This document shows, in pieces, positions 23,209 through 33,933 of a stretch of 64,000 bases of DNA (positions within the stretch are counted from its first letter, which is position 1; every line of letters begins with the position of its first letter). The stretch covers positions 158,725 to 222,724 of the forward strand of contig JBFHFF010000001.1 of NCBI GenBank assembly GCA_041583775.1. The letters are read 5' to 3'. The notes below the pieces were generated by a model. That model was not told where the DNA came from and made no database searches. It worked only from the letters and a program-made list of their open reading frames with translations. Both the position numbers and the translations under genes were made by a program. The DNA comes from Candidatus Moraniibacteriota bacterium (GTDB lineage Bacteria > Patescibacteriota > Minisyncoccia > Moranbacterales > DUUL01).

Positions 23209-23237
23209 AATCTAGCAGTTTGAATTTATATAGTCAA
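23209..23237 (-). promoter_or_regulatory. Sigma70-type promoter of pyrE-pyrF
   Basis: TTGACT-N17-TAGATT with TG extension. Confidence 0.55.
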
Positions 23238-23300
23238 TAAATTAACAGAAATAAATACACGCCCTTTAGCGTGTATTTATAATAAGTAAGAAAAACGAAA

Positions 23301-24461
23301 TTATTTTTTTACAAAACTTTTATAAATCAAACTAGAAATAGCCCCCATACTGATTAACATAAAAACTGCATATAACAACCATCCAACAAAAGGTATGAAC
23401 CAGACAATTTTCAAAACGATTACACCAAATATCACTTCTTGCCAGCCAACAGAATATTCCTCTTTCTTTTTTAACACTTTCAACAGCAAACTTCCAAAAA
23501 CTATATTTGCTATTGCCGAGGATAACATTATCAACAAAACATATAAAATTGAGATTAACCCCGCAAGATAAACACCAACAATTGAGATGATTAAAATAAC
23601 TCCCACAACTGGGGTTAAAAACAAAACAGCAATTCCCATACCAACATTTGCCCCTACATTATTCAAGCCCTTCTTCACAATACTCTTTATAATGTTTTTG
23701 AAGAAATATACCAATGCCAAACCAACCACAATTCCAGTTGCTATTTTCAATAACAAAAAAGTAGCCAAGATGGCAAAAAATCCACTAACCACCGAAGATT
23801 TATCAATCGTTTTTATTGCTTTTTGATTAAAATTGATTGTTCCTGATATTTTAGCATCTCTATGAATCTCTGCTTTTTTTGAAGAAGTGTATTTTATGTT
23901 TTTTTCAATTTCAGCAAACTCACCTATTTTTAAAATATCAGCCGTAATCTTAACCTGTCCTCCTATTTTATTATTAATATTAACATCACCACCACCAATA
24001 AAAACACTCCCCTTAATTGGACCTTCTATATCAACCATTCCTCCAGCCACAACAAGATCACCCTCCACTTTTGCTGATTTTCCTATCAAGACATTTCCAC
24101 CGACTACAAACAAATCTTCCATTATTTCCCCTTGCACAATAACAGTTCCTCCTGCGATATGAACATTATTTCCAACATCGCCTTTTATGATAATTGTTCC
24201 ACCAACACCAGAAAAATTATTTTCAACATTACTCTCAACAGTGATCACATTTCCTGCTGTATATAAATCACTTTGAATTTCTCCATCAATGGAAATAACA
24301 TTACCTGCAGTATAAAGATTTTTTACAGTTTCATTTTTATTGACATTGACATTTTGACCCTCAGGAGCAAATCTAAACTCAGCAGCTAATGCAAACAAAG
24401 TGCTTAGTGAAAATAAAACAATCATACTAAGGAATAAAAAAACAATTTTTTTTGATTTCAT
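23301..24461 (-). CDS. Bactofilin-like beta-helix repeat protein with C-terminal TM bundle
   Basis: Signal peptide, repeated (D/N)LxxAGGxVxIxGxI units, hydrophobic C-terminus with IPFVGW. Confidence 0.8.
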   Translation of the reverse strand: MKSKKIVFLFLSMIVLFSLSTLFALAAEFRFAPEGQNVNVNKNETVKNLYTAGNVISIDGEIQSDLYTAGNVITVESNVENNFSGVGGTIIIKGDVGNNVHIAGGTVIVQGEIMEDLFVVGGNVLIGKSAKVEGDLVVAGGMVDIEGPIKGSVFIGGGDVNINNKIGGQVKITADILKIGEFAEIEKNIKYTSSKKAEIHRDAKISGTINFNQKAIKTIDKSSVVSGFFAILATFLLLKIATGIVVGLALVYFFKNIIKSIVKKGLNNVGANVGMGIAVLFLTPVVGVILIISIVGVYLAGLISILYVLLIMLSSAIANIVFGSLLLKVLKKKEEYSVGWQEVIFGVIVLKIVWFIPFVGWLLYAVFMLISMGAISSLIYKSFVKK

Positions 24462-24677
24462 AATTTTAAATTTAAAAATTATCACTCCCCTTTTTTGGTT
24501 TAAAGGATAAATATGATTAAAATTACCTTTAGGTTGATGATTGTTTTAATTGTTATGGTTTAATTTTAGCATAAAATAAAAATGATTGTAATTGTTGTAA
24601 TAATTTCTCATAAAACAATAAAAAGGCCGTTTCCCATTCGGGGCGTGCCTTGTTAAAAATGTTTCTGGTACTTATCA

Positions 24678-25382
24678 TCATATCATAATTATGAGATAAG
24701 TATTCCATTGATATCCTAAATCATATCGCTCTGACTTCTTTGCTATACGATATCCATTGTTTGCTATCAAGAGTTCCATTTTGCGAAAATCATTAGCTAC
24801 ATCTGCTTCTTCAGCACTTTGCAGATTGGCATGTGTGAATAATATTTCACCTTTTTCTTTAAGATATCTCTTGCCCTCGACAAACAAACGTTCATGCAAA
24901 ATCCAACCCGGATCATATAGTGCATTAGTAACATCGTCCTTAATCACCGGTTGAAAATCTACAATAGGCAGGTTGGCAATAATTAAGTCATACTTACATT
25001 TTGGCAATCCAGAAAATAAATCACCCTTATACACATTGATCTTGTTTTTCAAACCATTAAGCTCAATATTATGTTCTGCACAAGAACAAGCATTGGCGCT
25101 TATGTCACTTGCATCTACATGCGTTGCACCACTTAGTATGGCCATAATCGACTCAATACCAGTGCCACAACCTATGTCCGCAACTAATTTGCCAATCAAA
25201 TCACCCAACTCTTCAAAAAGACACCTTGAACTAACACTACTACTCGCCTGAGGAGGAAAAACATTTCTAAAAACATCTATCATAACAACCCTACCTCCTA
25301 TGTTAAATTCGACATGTCTTATGTCAGATTGCTGTCTTATCTCCTTAATAAATCGCTGGGTAATTCTCGGATTTATTTTCAT
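24678..25382 (-). CDS. Class I SAM-dependent methyltransferase (HemK/PrmC-like)
   Basis: VFPP, ADIGCGTG, GDLF, DLIIANLP. Confidence 0.85.
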   Translation of the reverse strand: MKINPRITQRFIKEIRQQSDIRHVEFNIGGRVVMIDVFRNVFPPQASSSVSSRCLFEELGDLIGKLVADIGCGTGIESIMAILSGATHVDASDISANACSCAEHNIELNGLKNKINVYKGDLFSGLPKCKYDLIIANLPIVDFQPVIKDDVTNALYDPGWILHERLFVEGKRYLKEKGEILFTHANLQSAEEADVANDFRKMELLIANNGYRIAKKSERYDLGYQWNTYLIIMI

Positions 25383-25611
25383 AACAATAACCCTCCTATT
25401 GAATTGTTAAGATACAATGGACATCGCATATTTCTATGGCTTATCCATAACAAATAATCATACACCAAAACAAATATACGCCCACATTATGCGTCAATAT
25501 ATCATAAATAAATGCCTTATATTAGACTAATTTAATTAACATATTCCTAATTATTTAGTTTATGTGACGAAATCCATTGACACTTTTTACTAAATATACT
25601 AATATTTCCTT

Positions 25612-26373
25612 ATGGATAATTTCAAAGAAAATTTAAATGCTCTAGGGCTAAAAGAAAAAGAAATAGATGTTTATTTGGCCGTTTTGAAGTTGAGCAAAGG
25701 TACCATTACTGAGATTTCACGCAAAACTAGCATAAAAAGAACCACTGTTTATGAATATATTGAGTGTCTGCTAAACAAAAGGATGTTGTATAAAACAGCA
25801 GAAAAAAAAAGGATTTTTTATTGTGCGGAAAATCCTAAAAAGTTGACTAGAATTTTAGATCAAGAAAAAAAAGTACTTGAGCTTAAAAGAAAAACTATAG
25901 AAAATATCATCCCTGGGTTAGAATCATTATTTCTTTCCTCCTTTAAAAAACCTGGCATTAGTTTTTATGAAGGCAAAGATGGAATCAAAGAAGTTTATAG
26001 ACAAATTTTCAACACTCATAAAAACATCCATTCCATATTTTCACCAGAAAATTTTTTTAAATTATTCTCAACCAAAGAAAATCACGATTTGTTAATGTCA
26101 CTATATAATAACGGCGGAATGCTCTATAGTCTAATAGAGAAAATCGATAGCCCTATTGAGGCTCTGAACAATGAGACTTATAAAAAGTTTATTAAAAGAA
26201 AATTCTTGCCGAAAGGATTTAAACATGAGACAGACCTTTTGGTAGTTGATGACACTGTGGCATTTATATCATTTGAAAATATGATTGGGATAATAATCAA
26301 AGACAAGGCCATTTCTCAGTTACAAAGGAGTTTTTTAAGTTTGATTTGGAAAAATTTTGGCTCAAAGGTTTAA
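25612..26373 (+). CDS. TrmB-family transcriptional regulator
   Basis: LGLKEKEIDVYLAVL...IKRTTVY HTH; FYEGKDGIKEVY. Confidence 0.9.
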   Translation: MDNFKENLNALGLKEKEIDVYLAVLKLSKGTITEISRKTSIKRTTVYEYIECLLNKRMLYKTAEKKRIFYCAENPKKLTRILDQEKKVLELKRKTIENIIPGLESLFLSSFKKPGISFYEGKDGIKEVYRQIFNTHKNIHSIFSPENFFKLFSTKENHDLLMSLYNNGGMLYSLIEKIDSPIEALNNETYKKFIKRKFLPKGFKHETDLLVVDDTVAFISFENMIGIIIKDKAISQLQRSFLSLIWKNFGSKV

Positions 26374-26608
26374 AATTGTTACGGTGCATATGCAAGTGCT
26401 ATATATCGCACTGATCCGAATTTGCTTGCCCATACTGGCTCAGACAGGTAACTCAAACTTTTTCTTTTAAAATACAAAAATCAAACAGCGTAATTCTTGT
26501 TATTTTGTAATCAAGTTTTAATTTTATTCTTTAATATATTTGTAGCCTGATTTTTTAATTCGGTGCCGTGACTCAGTTCTTTTTATTTTTTTATTATTTA
26601 GCTTAATA

Positions 26609-26633
26609 ATTTCCTGACTTCTCGGGAATGACA
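26609..26633 (+). repeat. REP/dRS3-like palindrome (degenerate copy)
   Basis: atttcctgacttctcgggaatgaca, similar to 55315-55342. Confidence 0.45.
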
Positions 26634-26743
26634 TAAAAAAAGAAATTTCCGCTAGTTGGGGGATCATTGCTACCTGTTCTATTCCCCTACAAACTAATAA
26701 AAAAGAAAAAAGACGCTTCCGAAGAAGTGTCTTTTTTTCTGTG

Positions 26744-26815
26744 TAGCCCGTAGGGGAATCGAACCCCTGTTACCAGGATGAAAACCTGACGTCCTAACCA
26801 CTAGACGAACGGGCC
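26744..26815 (-). tRNA. tRNA-Glu(TTC)
   Basis: Cloverleaf GGCCCGT...; anticodon arm TCAGG-TT-TTC-AT-CCTGG; CCA not encoded. Confidence 0.97.
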
Positions 26816-26995
26816 AAAACATATTGTTCGCTACAAGAAAGACTCTATCATATTTTTTCCGACTTGACAAGTCTTTTCGGAACTGTAAAATAAAAAATGT
26901 TTGATAAAAAAGAATTGCTCAGAAAAGCCTAGTAAATAAAATGAACGGCTGCCTCAGAGAATCGCTTATGGGGTCCTAATTATTCAAATTAATGA

Positions 26996-27826
26996 ATGAA
27001 ACGATGTGCAGAATTAACTGCTAAATCGGTTAGCTTTTTTAGAAAAGCTATTATCCAAAGAAAAAGGGGTCTCAAAATAATATCAATCGGAACCACATTT
27101 CTTGTTTGTGGCTTTTTTTATTTGTGCCTAGCACATAATAAAAACCTTGATAAACCTAATTTCTTGCAAAAACCAAAAAATCTTTTTGAAAAGATGTCAG
27201 AAAAAACAATACCTTCTGTTTATGCGAAAAACAAAACAACAGAAATAAAGATTACCTCGGTTTGCAATCCTGAATTTATAGCAAAAAACAGCAGAGAATC
27301 TCAAATAAATTTCATTCCATCTTTTTGTGAAAACAAACTTTTTGACTCAACAGAAGAAACAATCTTAGAAACTTTATTGACCGAAAAAGAAGAGGCACAT
27401 GAAGCTCTAAGAAAAGAACTCTCGAATATACTGACTGATACTCCAATGGAAGAAATGATTGATCCAATTCTTAAACAAGAAAAAACAGTGGCAGCTTTTC
27501 TTGTGGGAATTGCTTTTAAAGAAAGTAAATTTGGAGTCTATTCTCCAAAGAAAAATGGCAAAAACTGCTATAATTATTGGGGTTTCAAAGGAAAAACAAA
27601 TCCTACCAGTGGAGGATATAGTTGTTTTTCAAACCCAGAAGAAGCTATCACAGTTGTTGGCAAAAGACTTTCAAAACTATCTATAGAAGCTGGGCGAACA
27701 AAACCATCTCAAATGACAGTTTGGAAATGCGGCTCATCTTGTGCAACCCATTCGCCTCAAAGCGTCCAAAAATGGATAGCTGATGTCTCAATTTTCTACA
27801 ACAAAATTGAATATTTGAAAATTTAG
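26996..27826 (+). CDS. Membrane-anchored lysozyme/glucosaminidase-like protein (paralog 2)
   Basis: TM; GIAFKESKFG, CYNYWGF, CF, WKCGSSC, KWIADV. Confidence 0.6.
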   Translation: MKRCAELTAKSVSFFRKAIIQRKRGLKIISIGTTFLVCGFFYLCLAHNKNLDKPNFLQKPKNLFEKMSEKTIPSVYAKNKTTEIKITSVCNPEFIAKNSRESQINFIPSFCENKLFDSTEETILETLLTEKEEAHEALRKELSNILTDTPMEEMIDPILKQEKTVAAFLVGIAFKESKFGVYSPKKNGKNCYNYWGFKGKTNPTSGGYSCFSNPEEAITVVGKRLSKLSIEAGRTKPSQMTVWKCGSSCATHSPQSVQKWIADVSIFYNKIEYLKI

Positions 27827-27958
27827 AACACTAAAATTATAATTTGACAATATTGACACTTCTCTTGAATCATCTAGAATAAAAATAAGTTATTCAGAGC
27901 ATGTCTTGTCTGGTGTTTTATTTGTTTTTTTGCAGTATAAAGCACCAAAAAACGAAAA

Positions 27959-29089
27959 ATGAAAATAAAAAAAACTCTATATTGCATTACCGACAAATAT
28001 AATAAACCGGATTTTCGATTTCTATTTGATGATCCAAAGAGGGCCCAAAAAAAGGTTAGGCAATTGAAAAGCTCCATTTCTGGAGAAACAATCTTCTTGT
28101 CCAAATTCAAGAGAGATTTTTTTGTTGATGGAGTTAACAAAAAATGCATTAGTGATACCAAAAAAATTGCAATAAAAAAAGGCTGTTGGACTGCACTTGA
28201 AATTAAAAAAGTAAATTTGATTGATGAAATTGCTCCAGAGAATCATTTCAAGAGAATTGACATAGCGCCAGAAAATCAACTGTCTTATTCAAAAAAATAT
28301 GTTCATGATATACCTTTTTTCAACACAACATTAAAGACTCCTTTGGAGTGCGAAATAGACCCAAAAGAGACACCTGTTTCTTTTTGGGGATTTGATTGGC
28401 GAAGATCATTCTTGCATACCAAAACCTTCGCAACAGGAATGGCAATACTTCTCGTGATGACAACTGCTAGTGTATTTTCAATAAATTACAAAGGAAATAA
28501 CGCTATTGCTGAAGAATTGGCAGACATACACACAGCAAGCGCAGAAAAAACAGTCAAAGCACAATCAATTGTTTTGGGGGCAAAAGACGAAAAAATTGCG
28601 AAACAATTCGACGAGGAATTAGATAATTTTGTTCTTGATGCATTAAAAAAATTCGATAACATAAAAACAGAAGAGCTAGAAACAGAAATTAGAGAAATCT
28701 TAAATGGAACACCAATGGAAGAAATGGCTCCAATAATAGCAAAAAAAGATCGCACTGTTGCAGCATTTCTGGTAGGAATTGCAATGAAAGAGAGTGGTTT
28801 TGGAAAACATGTTCCAGTTCTAAATGGAAAAAATTGTTATAATTACTGGGGTTACCGTGGAATAAGAGCTAATATGGGAACTGACGGACATACTTGTTTT
28901 AATAGCCCTCAAGATGCAGTTGATACTGTAGGCGGAAGACTCGAGAGACTTGTAAAAACAGATGTAGACACTCCTGAAGAGATGGTTCTGTGGAAATGTG
29001 GCTCTGCTTGTAGCAAAGACGCCAATGCAGGCAAATGGATACAAGATGTAAATATCAACTTCAGTAAAATTATGAATGAAGAGGTTTGA
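27959..29089 (+). CDS. Membrane-anchored lysozyme/glucosaminidase-like protein (paralog 3)
   Basis: Internal TM; GIAMKESGFG, CYNYWGY, CF, WKCGSAC, KWIQDV. Confidence 0.6.
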   Translation: MKIKKTLYCITDKYNKPDFRFLFDDPKRAQKKVRQLKSSISGETIFLSKFKRDFFVDGVNKKCISDTKKIAIKKGCWTALEIKKVNLIDEIAPENHFKRIDIAPENQLSYSKKYVHDIPFFNTTLKTPLECEIDPKETPVSFWGFDWRRSFLHTKTFATGMAILLVMTTASVFSINYKGNNAIAEELADIHTASAEKTVKAQSIVLGAKDEKIAKQFDEELDNFVLDALKKFDNIKTEELETEIREILNGTPMEEMAPIIAKKDRTVAAFLVGIAMKESGFGKHVPVLNGKNCYNYWGYRGIRANMGTDGHTCFNSPQDAVDTVGGRLERLVKTDVDTPEEMVLWKCGSACSKDANAGKWIQDVNINFSKIMNEEV

Positions 29090-29189
29090 ATAGAATTCTT
29101 AAACAGAAGAAAACCGAGATTTAACTCTCGGTTTTTTGTTTATTAAAAAACAACCCCCCGCTTCCTGTTAGAAATGGGGGGATAAAAAA

Positions 29190-29789
29190 CTATATTCTTT
29201 TTGCCGTCTTTCTCGACGGAAGAATATAGCCCACCAGACGGATGACCTCCTCTGGATCCTTGAATTCGAAATGATACTTCGAAGAGACTTTTGCCATTCG
29301 AACGACATCTTTCTCCCGAATGGCTAAGCCCAGTTCTTTATCTATTTTAATTAACCTCAAGAATGTATTGGTCTCTAGCAAGAGGTTATTTTTCCAAATC
29401 GACATACTACTAAAATCTTCTGGTTTCGAACAAACCGCCAGAAGACTTTTTGTTAGATCTGGAAAATTAGCGTCTCTCAGCATTAGCTTAAGGCCAAGAG
29501 AAACTTTTGAATATTTTTTTTTGCGGAGGGGCAAATCCGCTGGTTTTTCTTCATACCCCTTTTTCAATAAGAAGACTACCTCCTCATACTGAGGATGTTT
29601 CTTCAAATAAGCTACCCCTTTTTCTTTTAGGTTATTATAAAGATTAACCTCCTTCTCTCTTGCGTTGAAAGAAAGATAGAAAAACATTGATAACCCAAGT
29701 AACAAAGCAAAAATAACCAAAAAAGTCAGAGGTCTTTCTTTAATATCCATTCCATCCATCTCCTTTTTAAAAAAACTGTCTTTTACCAT
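29190..29789 (-). CDS. Hypothetical membrane-anchored orphan protein
   Basis: N-terminal TM; consensus promoter and AAGGAG SD upstream; true start probably a later ATG. Confidence 0.65.
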   Translation of the reverse strand: MVKDSFFKKEMDGMDIKERPLTFLVIFALLLGLSMFFYLSFNAREKEVNLYNNLKEKGVAYLKKHPQYEEVVFLLKKGYEEKPADLPLRKKKYSKVSLGLKLMLRDANFPDLTKSLLAVCSKPEDFSSMSIWKNNLLLETNTFLRLIKIDKELGLAIREKDVVRMAKVSSKYHFEFKDPEEVIRLVGYILPSRKTAKRI

Positions 29790-29842
29790 CCAATACCATC
29801 CAGCATCGGAAAGGTTGTTTAATAACTCAATGTACTATTTTA

Positions 29843-29871
29843 ATTATACATCTTTATTAAGTTTTTGTCAA
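29843..29871 (-). promoter_or_regulatory. Consensus sigma70 promoter
   Basis: TTGACA-N17-TATAAT. Confidence 0.7.
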
Positions 29872-29976
29872 GAAAAATATACTAAATTTCAGCTTTTGTC
29901 GCATTTCAAAACAAACAAAAACCCCACAACTGTAGGGTTTTTGTTTGTTCCTTTATTTTTGTTTTTGTTTCTTTTT

Positions 29977-31044
29977 TTATTTTTGTTTTCCCTCCCTTTG
30001 GGTGATCACTTTCTTTGCTGCTTTGATCATATCTTCATTTTGCCTTTGTTCTTTTAACATATACCACCACTCTACTCCCCAGACATAAGTTTCTTTAAAC
30101 TTTGTCTTTCGAGCGAAATCTGCAATTTCAACCAGCTTTTCAGGACTCATAGACTTATATTGCTCTTCAATTGGCATCGTTTTTATCCATCCCGGACCCC
30201 AAGGCTCTCCTTGCAATTCAGAAATCACAATATCTTCAGATTTAACATATTTATCAATCAATTTAGCTTTCACTCTGAAAAAATTTGGACCAATCGGATA
30301 ATGTACATATCCATCATACCATTTTGAATCCTTATAGATAATCCGATACATCGTGGTTCCAAACACATCAGCCCTACTAGCCGCCTCCCTCCAAAGACTA
30401 AGCTCTCCACTATCAGTTGTCATTATTTTTCTCGTCTTATCCATTTTTTTCACCTGAGCTATCTCTCTTTCCACAATTTGACCATCTAGTGCTCCTTCTA
30501 TGCAATGTCCAAATGGCAAAAATGGCTCATTTTCAACTTGCCACATCTCAATTATTTTACGGTCTTTATATCTGTTCACCAAAGCCTCTTCAAATTTCAA
30601 AACTGCATCTTCTCGCAGAACTTTTTTCGAAAGAGGTTTGTCATTTTCTCCCTCAGCATACATTTCTGGAATAAAACACTCTGGCCAACGAGGAACTTTA
30701 ATTCCCATCGCAAGAACTAAACTTGTCCCATATTTTTCAGCTTCGTCTATTTGGAAATCAAGATTTGAAAAATCATAAATTCCTGGCTCTTTTTCAATCT
30801 CTGACCAATAACCAGCTATTCTCATTTTTTTAGGTTGAAGATCGGTTAAAATCTCAACATATGTTTTTTTCCAATCCAACTCAAGCGCTGTTGCTTGCAC
30901 ATCAGAAAAAGAAACTCCAAACTCCATATCTTCATTCTTGCTCTGAACTGGCCAATTAAAAATAATCAGCACAATAGCTGCTAAAATAAAAAGTAAATAG
31001 AAAACCTTCAATAAAACTTTTAAAATCAACCTTAGAATCAACAT
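29977..31044 (-). CDS. Membrane-anchored clan GH-A glycoside hydrolase
   Basis: WSEIEKEPGIYDF, WQVENEP (acid/base), ISELQ (nucleophile). Confidence 0.8.
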   Translation of the reverse strand: MLILRLILKVLLKVFYLLFILAAIVLIIFNWPVQSKNEDMEFGVSFSDVQATALELDWKKTYVEILTDLQPKKMRIAGYWSEIEKEPGIYDFSNLDFQIDEAEKYGTSLVLAMGIKVPRWPECFIPEMYAEGENDKPLSKKVLREDAVLKFEEALVNRYKDRKIIEMWQVENEPFLPFGHCIEGALDGQIVEREIAQVKKMDKTRKIMTTDSGELSLWREAASRADVFGTTMYRIIYKDSKWYDGYVHYPIGPNFFRVKAKLIDKYVKSEDIVISELQGEPWGPGWIKTMPIEEQYKSMSPEKLVEIADFARKTKFKETYVWGVEWWYMLKEQRQNEDMIKAAKKVITQREGKQK

Positions 31045-31083
31045 TTTTAATTTTTAATTTTTATAATAAATTCAGAAAACTAA

Positions 31084-32010
31084 CTAAACAAAAATTCCAA
31101 AAATTCCAAAAATTACCAACAGAACACCTGCTGTCTTGAAAAGAAGATCTTTTTTTTCAAAATTTTCTCCAAAAATATTACCAAATTTTTTCGATAAGAG
31201 CAGTGATAATATAAAAACTCCCAAATATTGTACTGATGCTAGAGCACTAACAATTGTTGGATCACCAATTGAAAGAGCAAAATTCATCATAAATGTTGCA
31301 ATTCCTGAAAGCGTTTTAACTCCAACAACAATCATAAAATTAGAAGCGTGTTCTTTGCCTTTTTTCTTTTTAAATGTCGCTAAAATATGATTTCGATAAG
31401 TTGGTAAACACATTAAAAACACAACCATAAGCACGGATCCCATTCTGGTGTAAATATATCCGTTAACAAAAATTTCCAAATCCGTTCCGCCTATTGCACC
31501 AAAAATATCAAAAGTATATTTTAACATTCCCAGGGAAATTCCCAATAAAAGACCTGCAATGATTACCTTTTTATATTCTGCAAATAATTTCTTTTCGTTT
31601 ATCTTAAAGGAAATTAAAAATCCTCCACCCAAAAGCAACACAACAGCAAAAAGTTTGCTCATTGTTAAACTATCACTCAAAAACATTTTTGAAAAAACAA
31701 ATGTTGTTATTGTTGCAACTGCACCAATTAAAACAAAAACTCTAGTTGCAGTTGAACCTTTAAGTGAAGAAAATAAAAACGCCAAATAACCAAAGAAAAT
31801 TGCACCAGTTCCTAAAGAAATTCCCACGACTTCCCATCCTGGCCAATACAATCCAAAGGGGGCAAACATCAAACTAGTGAACGACAACAACCCTATATAA
31901 AAAAGATATAGTCGCCAGCTTCCGACCTTCCCTGAAATCAAAAATTTGTTTGCAATTGACTCAACTGAGAGTAAAAAATAAGCACCAATTGCCAATAAAA
32001 CCCAATTCAT
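31084..32010 (-). CDS. EamA/DMT-like transporter
   Basis: ~10 TMs arranged as two repeats. Confidence 0.7.
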   Translation of the reverse strand: MNWVLLAIGAYFLLSVESIANKFLISGKVGSWRLYLFYIGLLSFTSLMFAPFGLYWPGWEVVGISLGTGAIFFGYLAFLFSSLKGSTATRVFVLIGAVATITTFVFSKMFLSDSLTMSKLFAVVLLLGGGFLISFKINEKKLFAEYKKVIIAGLLLGISLGMLKYTFDIFGAIGGTDLEIFVNGYIYTRMGSVLMVVFLMCLPTYRNHILATFKKKKGKEHASNFMIVVGVKTLSGIATFMMNFALSIGDPTIVSALASVQYLGVFILSLLLSKKFGNIFGENFEKKDLLFKTAGVLLVIFGIFGIFV

Positions 32011-32015
32011 TTTTT

Positions 32016-33227
32016 CTATTTTTTAATATTATCTTCTCTTACACCTGATTCATTTTTATATTTAGCAATCATTTTTCTATATTCAAAATATGATTTGCGA
32101 GGAATTCTCTCCATCGTATCTTTGTCGATTTCACATAACCCAAATTTTTTCGAATAACCCAAAAGCCACTCAAAATTATCCAACAAAGACCAATAAAAAT
32201 AACCCCTTACATCAACACCTTGACTAATTGCATCCCGGACCGCTTCTGTGTGAACTTTGATATATTCAGTCCTTTTTTCATCATTTCCATCTGAAATTCC
32301 ATTTTCAAAAATATATACGGGCTTTTTAAATCTTTTCCAAGCAGACACTAATAATTCAAAAAGACCATTTGGATAAACACCCCAACCCATATCAGTTAGT
32401 TCTTTTTCAATATTTTTCATTTTAGTAAAAGGTGGAAACAAAGACACCTCCATTCCAAAATAATAATTGACGCCAATAAAATCTTGTTTTTTACCTATCT
32501 TATTTTGAAAATACCAATTGTATTTTTCTTGCATTTTCTTCGTGAAATTCCACAATGGTGATTTTGGATTAACATATTCAAAAATATTACAAAATTGCGT
32601 AATTCCAACTGGGATTTTTGATTGAATTTTTTTACAAACATCATAACAATCTCTATGTGCCTTAACCATATTCTTTCTAGCACTTAAAAAGGCTTTGGGA
32701 TTCTTCTTTCCAGGTGGAAAAGTTCCCAGAAGATAACCCTTATTAAGAACAATTCTTGGTTCATTTATAGTAATAAACAGATCAATTTCGTCGCCCAACT
32801 CTTCCATTATCTTCTGACAATAACTTGTAAAATGTTCCACTGCATTCTCACCAGACCAACCACCATCTTCCGCAAACCACATCGGAGAAGTCCAATGCCA
32901 AAGAGTAACAACTCTCTTAAGACCCCTCTTTTTCATATCCTGCAGAAGTTTTCGATAATGTTCAATTCCCAATTCTGAAAATTCTCCTTTTTTAGGTTCG
33001 ATTCTAAACCATTCTAAAGATATTCTAAAAGCATTACAGCCCAAGTCCTGTGCCAATTCATTATCCAAAGGATAACGATTCCAGCTATCACAAGCCCACC
33101 CAGAAGACTCACTAGTCTTGCCTTGCTGCTCCCAATTCCACCAATCATTCCCTTTGCTATTCCCCTCAACTTGATGCGATGCATATGCAACCCCCCAAAG
33201 AAAATCTTTTGGAAATTTCTTTTCCAT
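32016..33227 (-). CDS. Glycoside hydrolase family 1 (beta-glucosidase-like)
   Basis: FPKDFLWG, HQVEG, TINEP, ENG, YFYWSLLDNFEW. Confidence 0.95.
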   Translation of the reverse strand: MEKKFPKDFLWGVAYASHQVEGNSKGNDWWNWEQQGKTSESSGWACDSWNRYPLDNELAQDLGCNAFRISLEWFRIEPKKGEFSELGIEHYRKLLQDMKKRGLKRVVTLWHWTSPMWFAEDGGWSGENAVEHFTSYCQKIMEELGDEIDLFITINEPRIVLNKGYLLGTFPPGKKNPKAFLSARKNMVKAHRDCYDVCKKIQSKIPVGITQFCNIFEYVNPKSPLWNFTKKMQEKYNWYFQNKIGKKQDFIGVNYYFGMEVSLFPPFTKMKNIEKELTDMGWGVYPNGLFELLVSAWKRFKKPVYIFENGISDGNDEKRTEYIKVHTEAVRDAISQGVDVRGYFYWSLLDNFEWLLGYSKKFGLCEIDKDTMERIPRKSYFEYRKMIAKYKNESGVREDNIKK

Positions 33228-33251
33228 TTGATGTTATTATTTTATAAAAAA

Positions 33252-33776
33252 TTATTCTATTGCTTCCAATAAACGCAATGCCCTTGCAAAAACTTCTGCT
33301 ATTCTTTTTGCCTCTTCTTTTGTGATTTCAAAATTCTCATCTTGAACAATCAAGTTTTTTACCTTATTAGCTTCAACAACATCTCTAATATTATCTAATT
33401 GATATGATTTTATTTGTTCCAATTTTTCACCCAAAAGATTCCCCTCATAACCAATGATTCCCAATACTTCATTTAACATACCTGAGAGCTCCAAGATAGC
33501 AGCCTTCCATTTATTTGGTTCATCACTTTCCAGTCTCTCAATGGATCTTTCCCAGCTTGCCTGCATACGACCCTTTGCACTTGGAAGCTCAGATCCAGAC
33601 ATAAGAACCTTCCAATAATTGGCTTTAACGAGACCATATAACATCAATCCAATTGTGACAACCATCAAAATTAGATAAAAAGCTAACATAAACTTAAAGC
33701 CACGAAAAAGATAAGACCTTTCCAAAAAGGCATTCCCTTGTTCAAGATATCTAATCAAACTTACATCAAAATTCAT
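33252..33776 (-). CDS. Conserved hypothetical membrane protein
   Basis: One TM plus helical C-terminal domain (WKAAILE...GYEGNLLGEKL). Confidence 0.7.
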   Translation of the reverse strand: MNFDVSLIRYLEQGNAFLERSYLFRGFKFMLAFYLILMVVTIGLMLYGLVKANYWKVLMSGSELPSAKGRMQASWERSIERLESDEPNKWKAAILELSGMLNEVLGIIGYEGNLLGEKLEQIKSYQLDNIRDVVEANKVKNLIVQDENFEITKEEAKRIAEVFARALRLLEAIE

Positions 33777-33933
33777 TTTTCGTATTTAGGAAAAATCTTT
33801 TTATTCTTTGTATTTATATATTACACTAAAAGGCCACTATTTTCAATTTATCCAAAATAGAATTTCAAACCAAAAACACTAAAGTACATTATGGTATAAT
33901 TTATTTTAAAAAATAAAAGCTCTTTAAAAACAA

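Noticed and set aside
26890-26995. Riboswitch upstream of lysozyme-like paralog 2
   Set aside because: No c-di-AMP or c-di-GMP consensus and no convincing stems by eye
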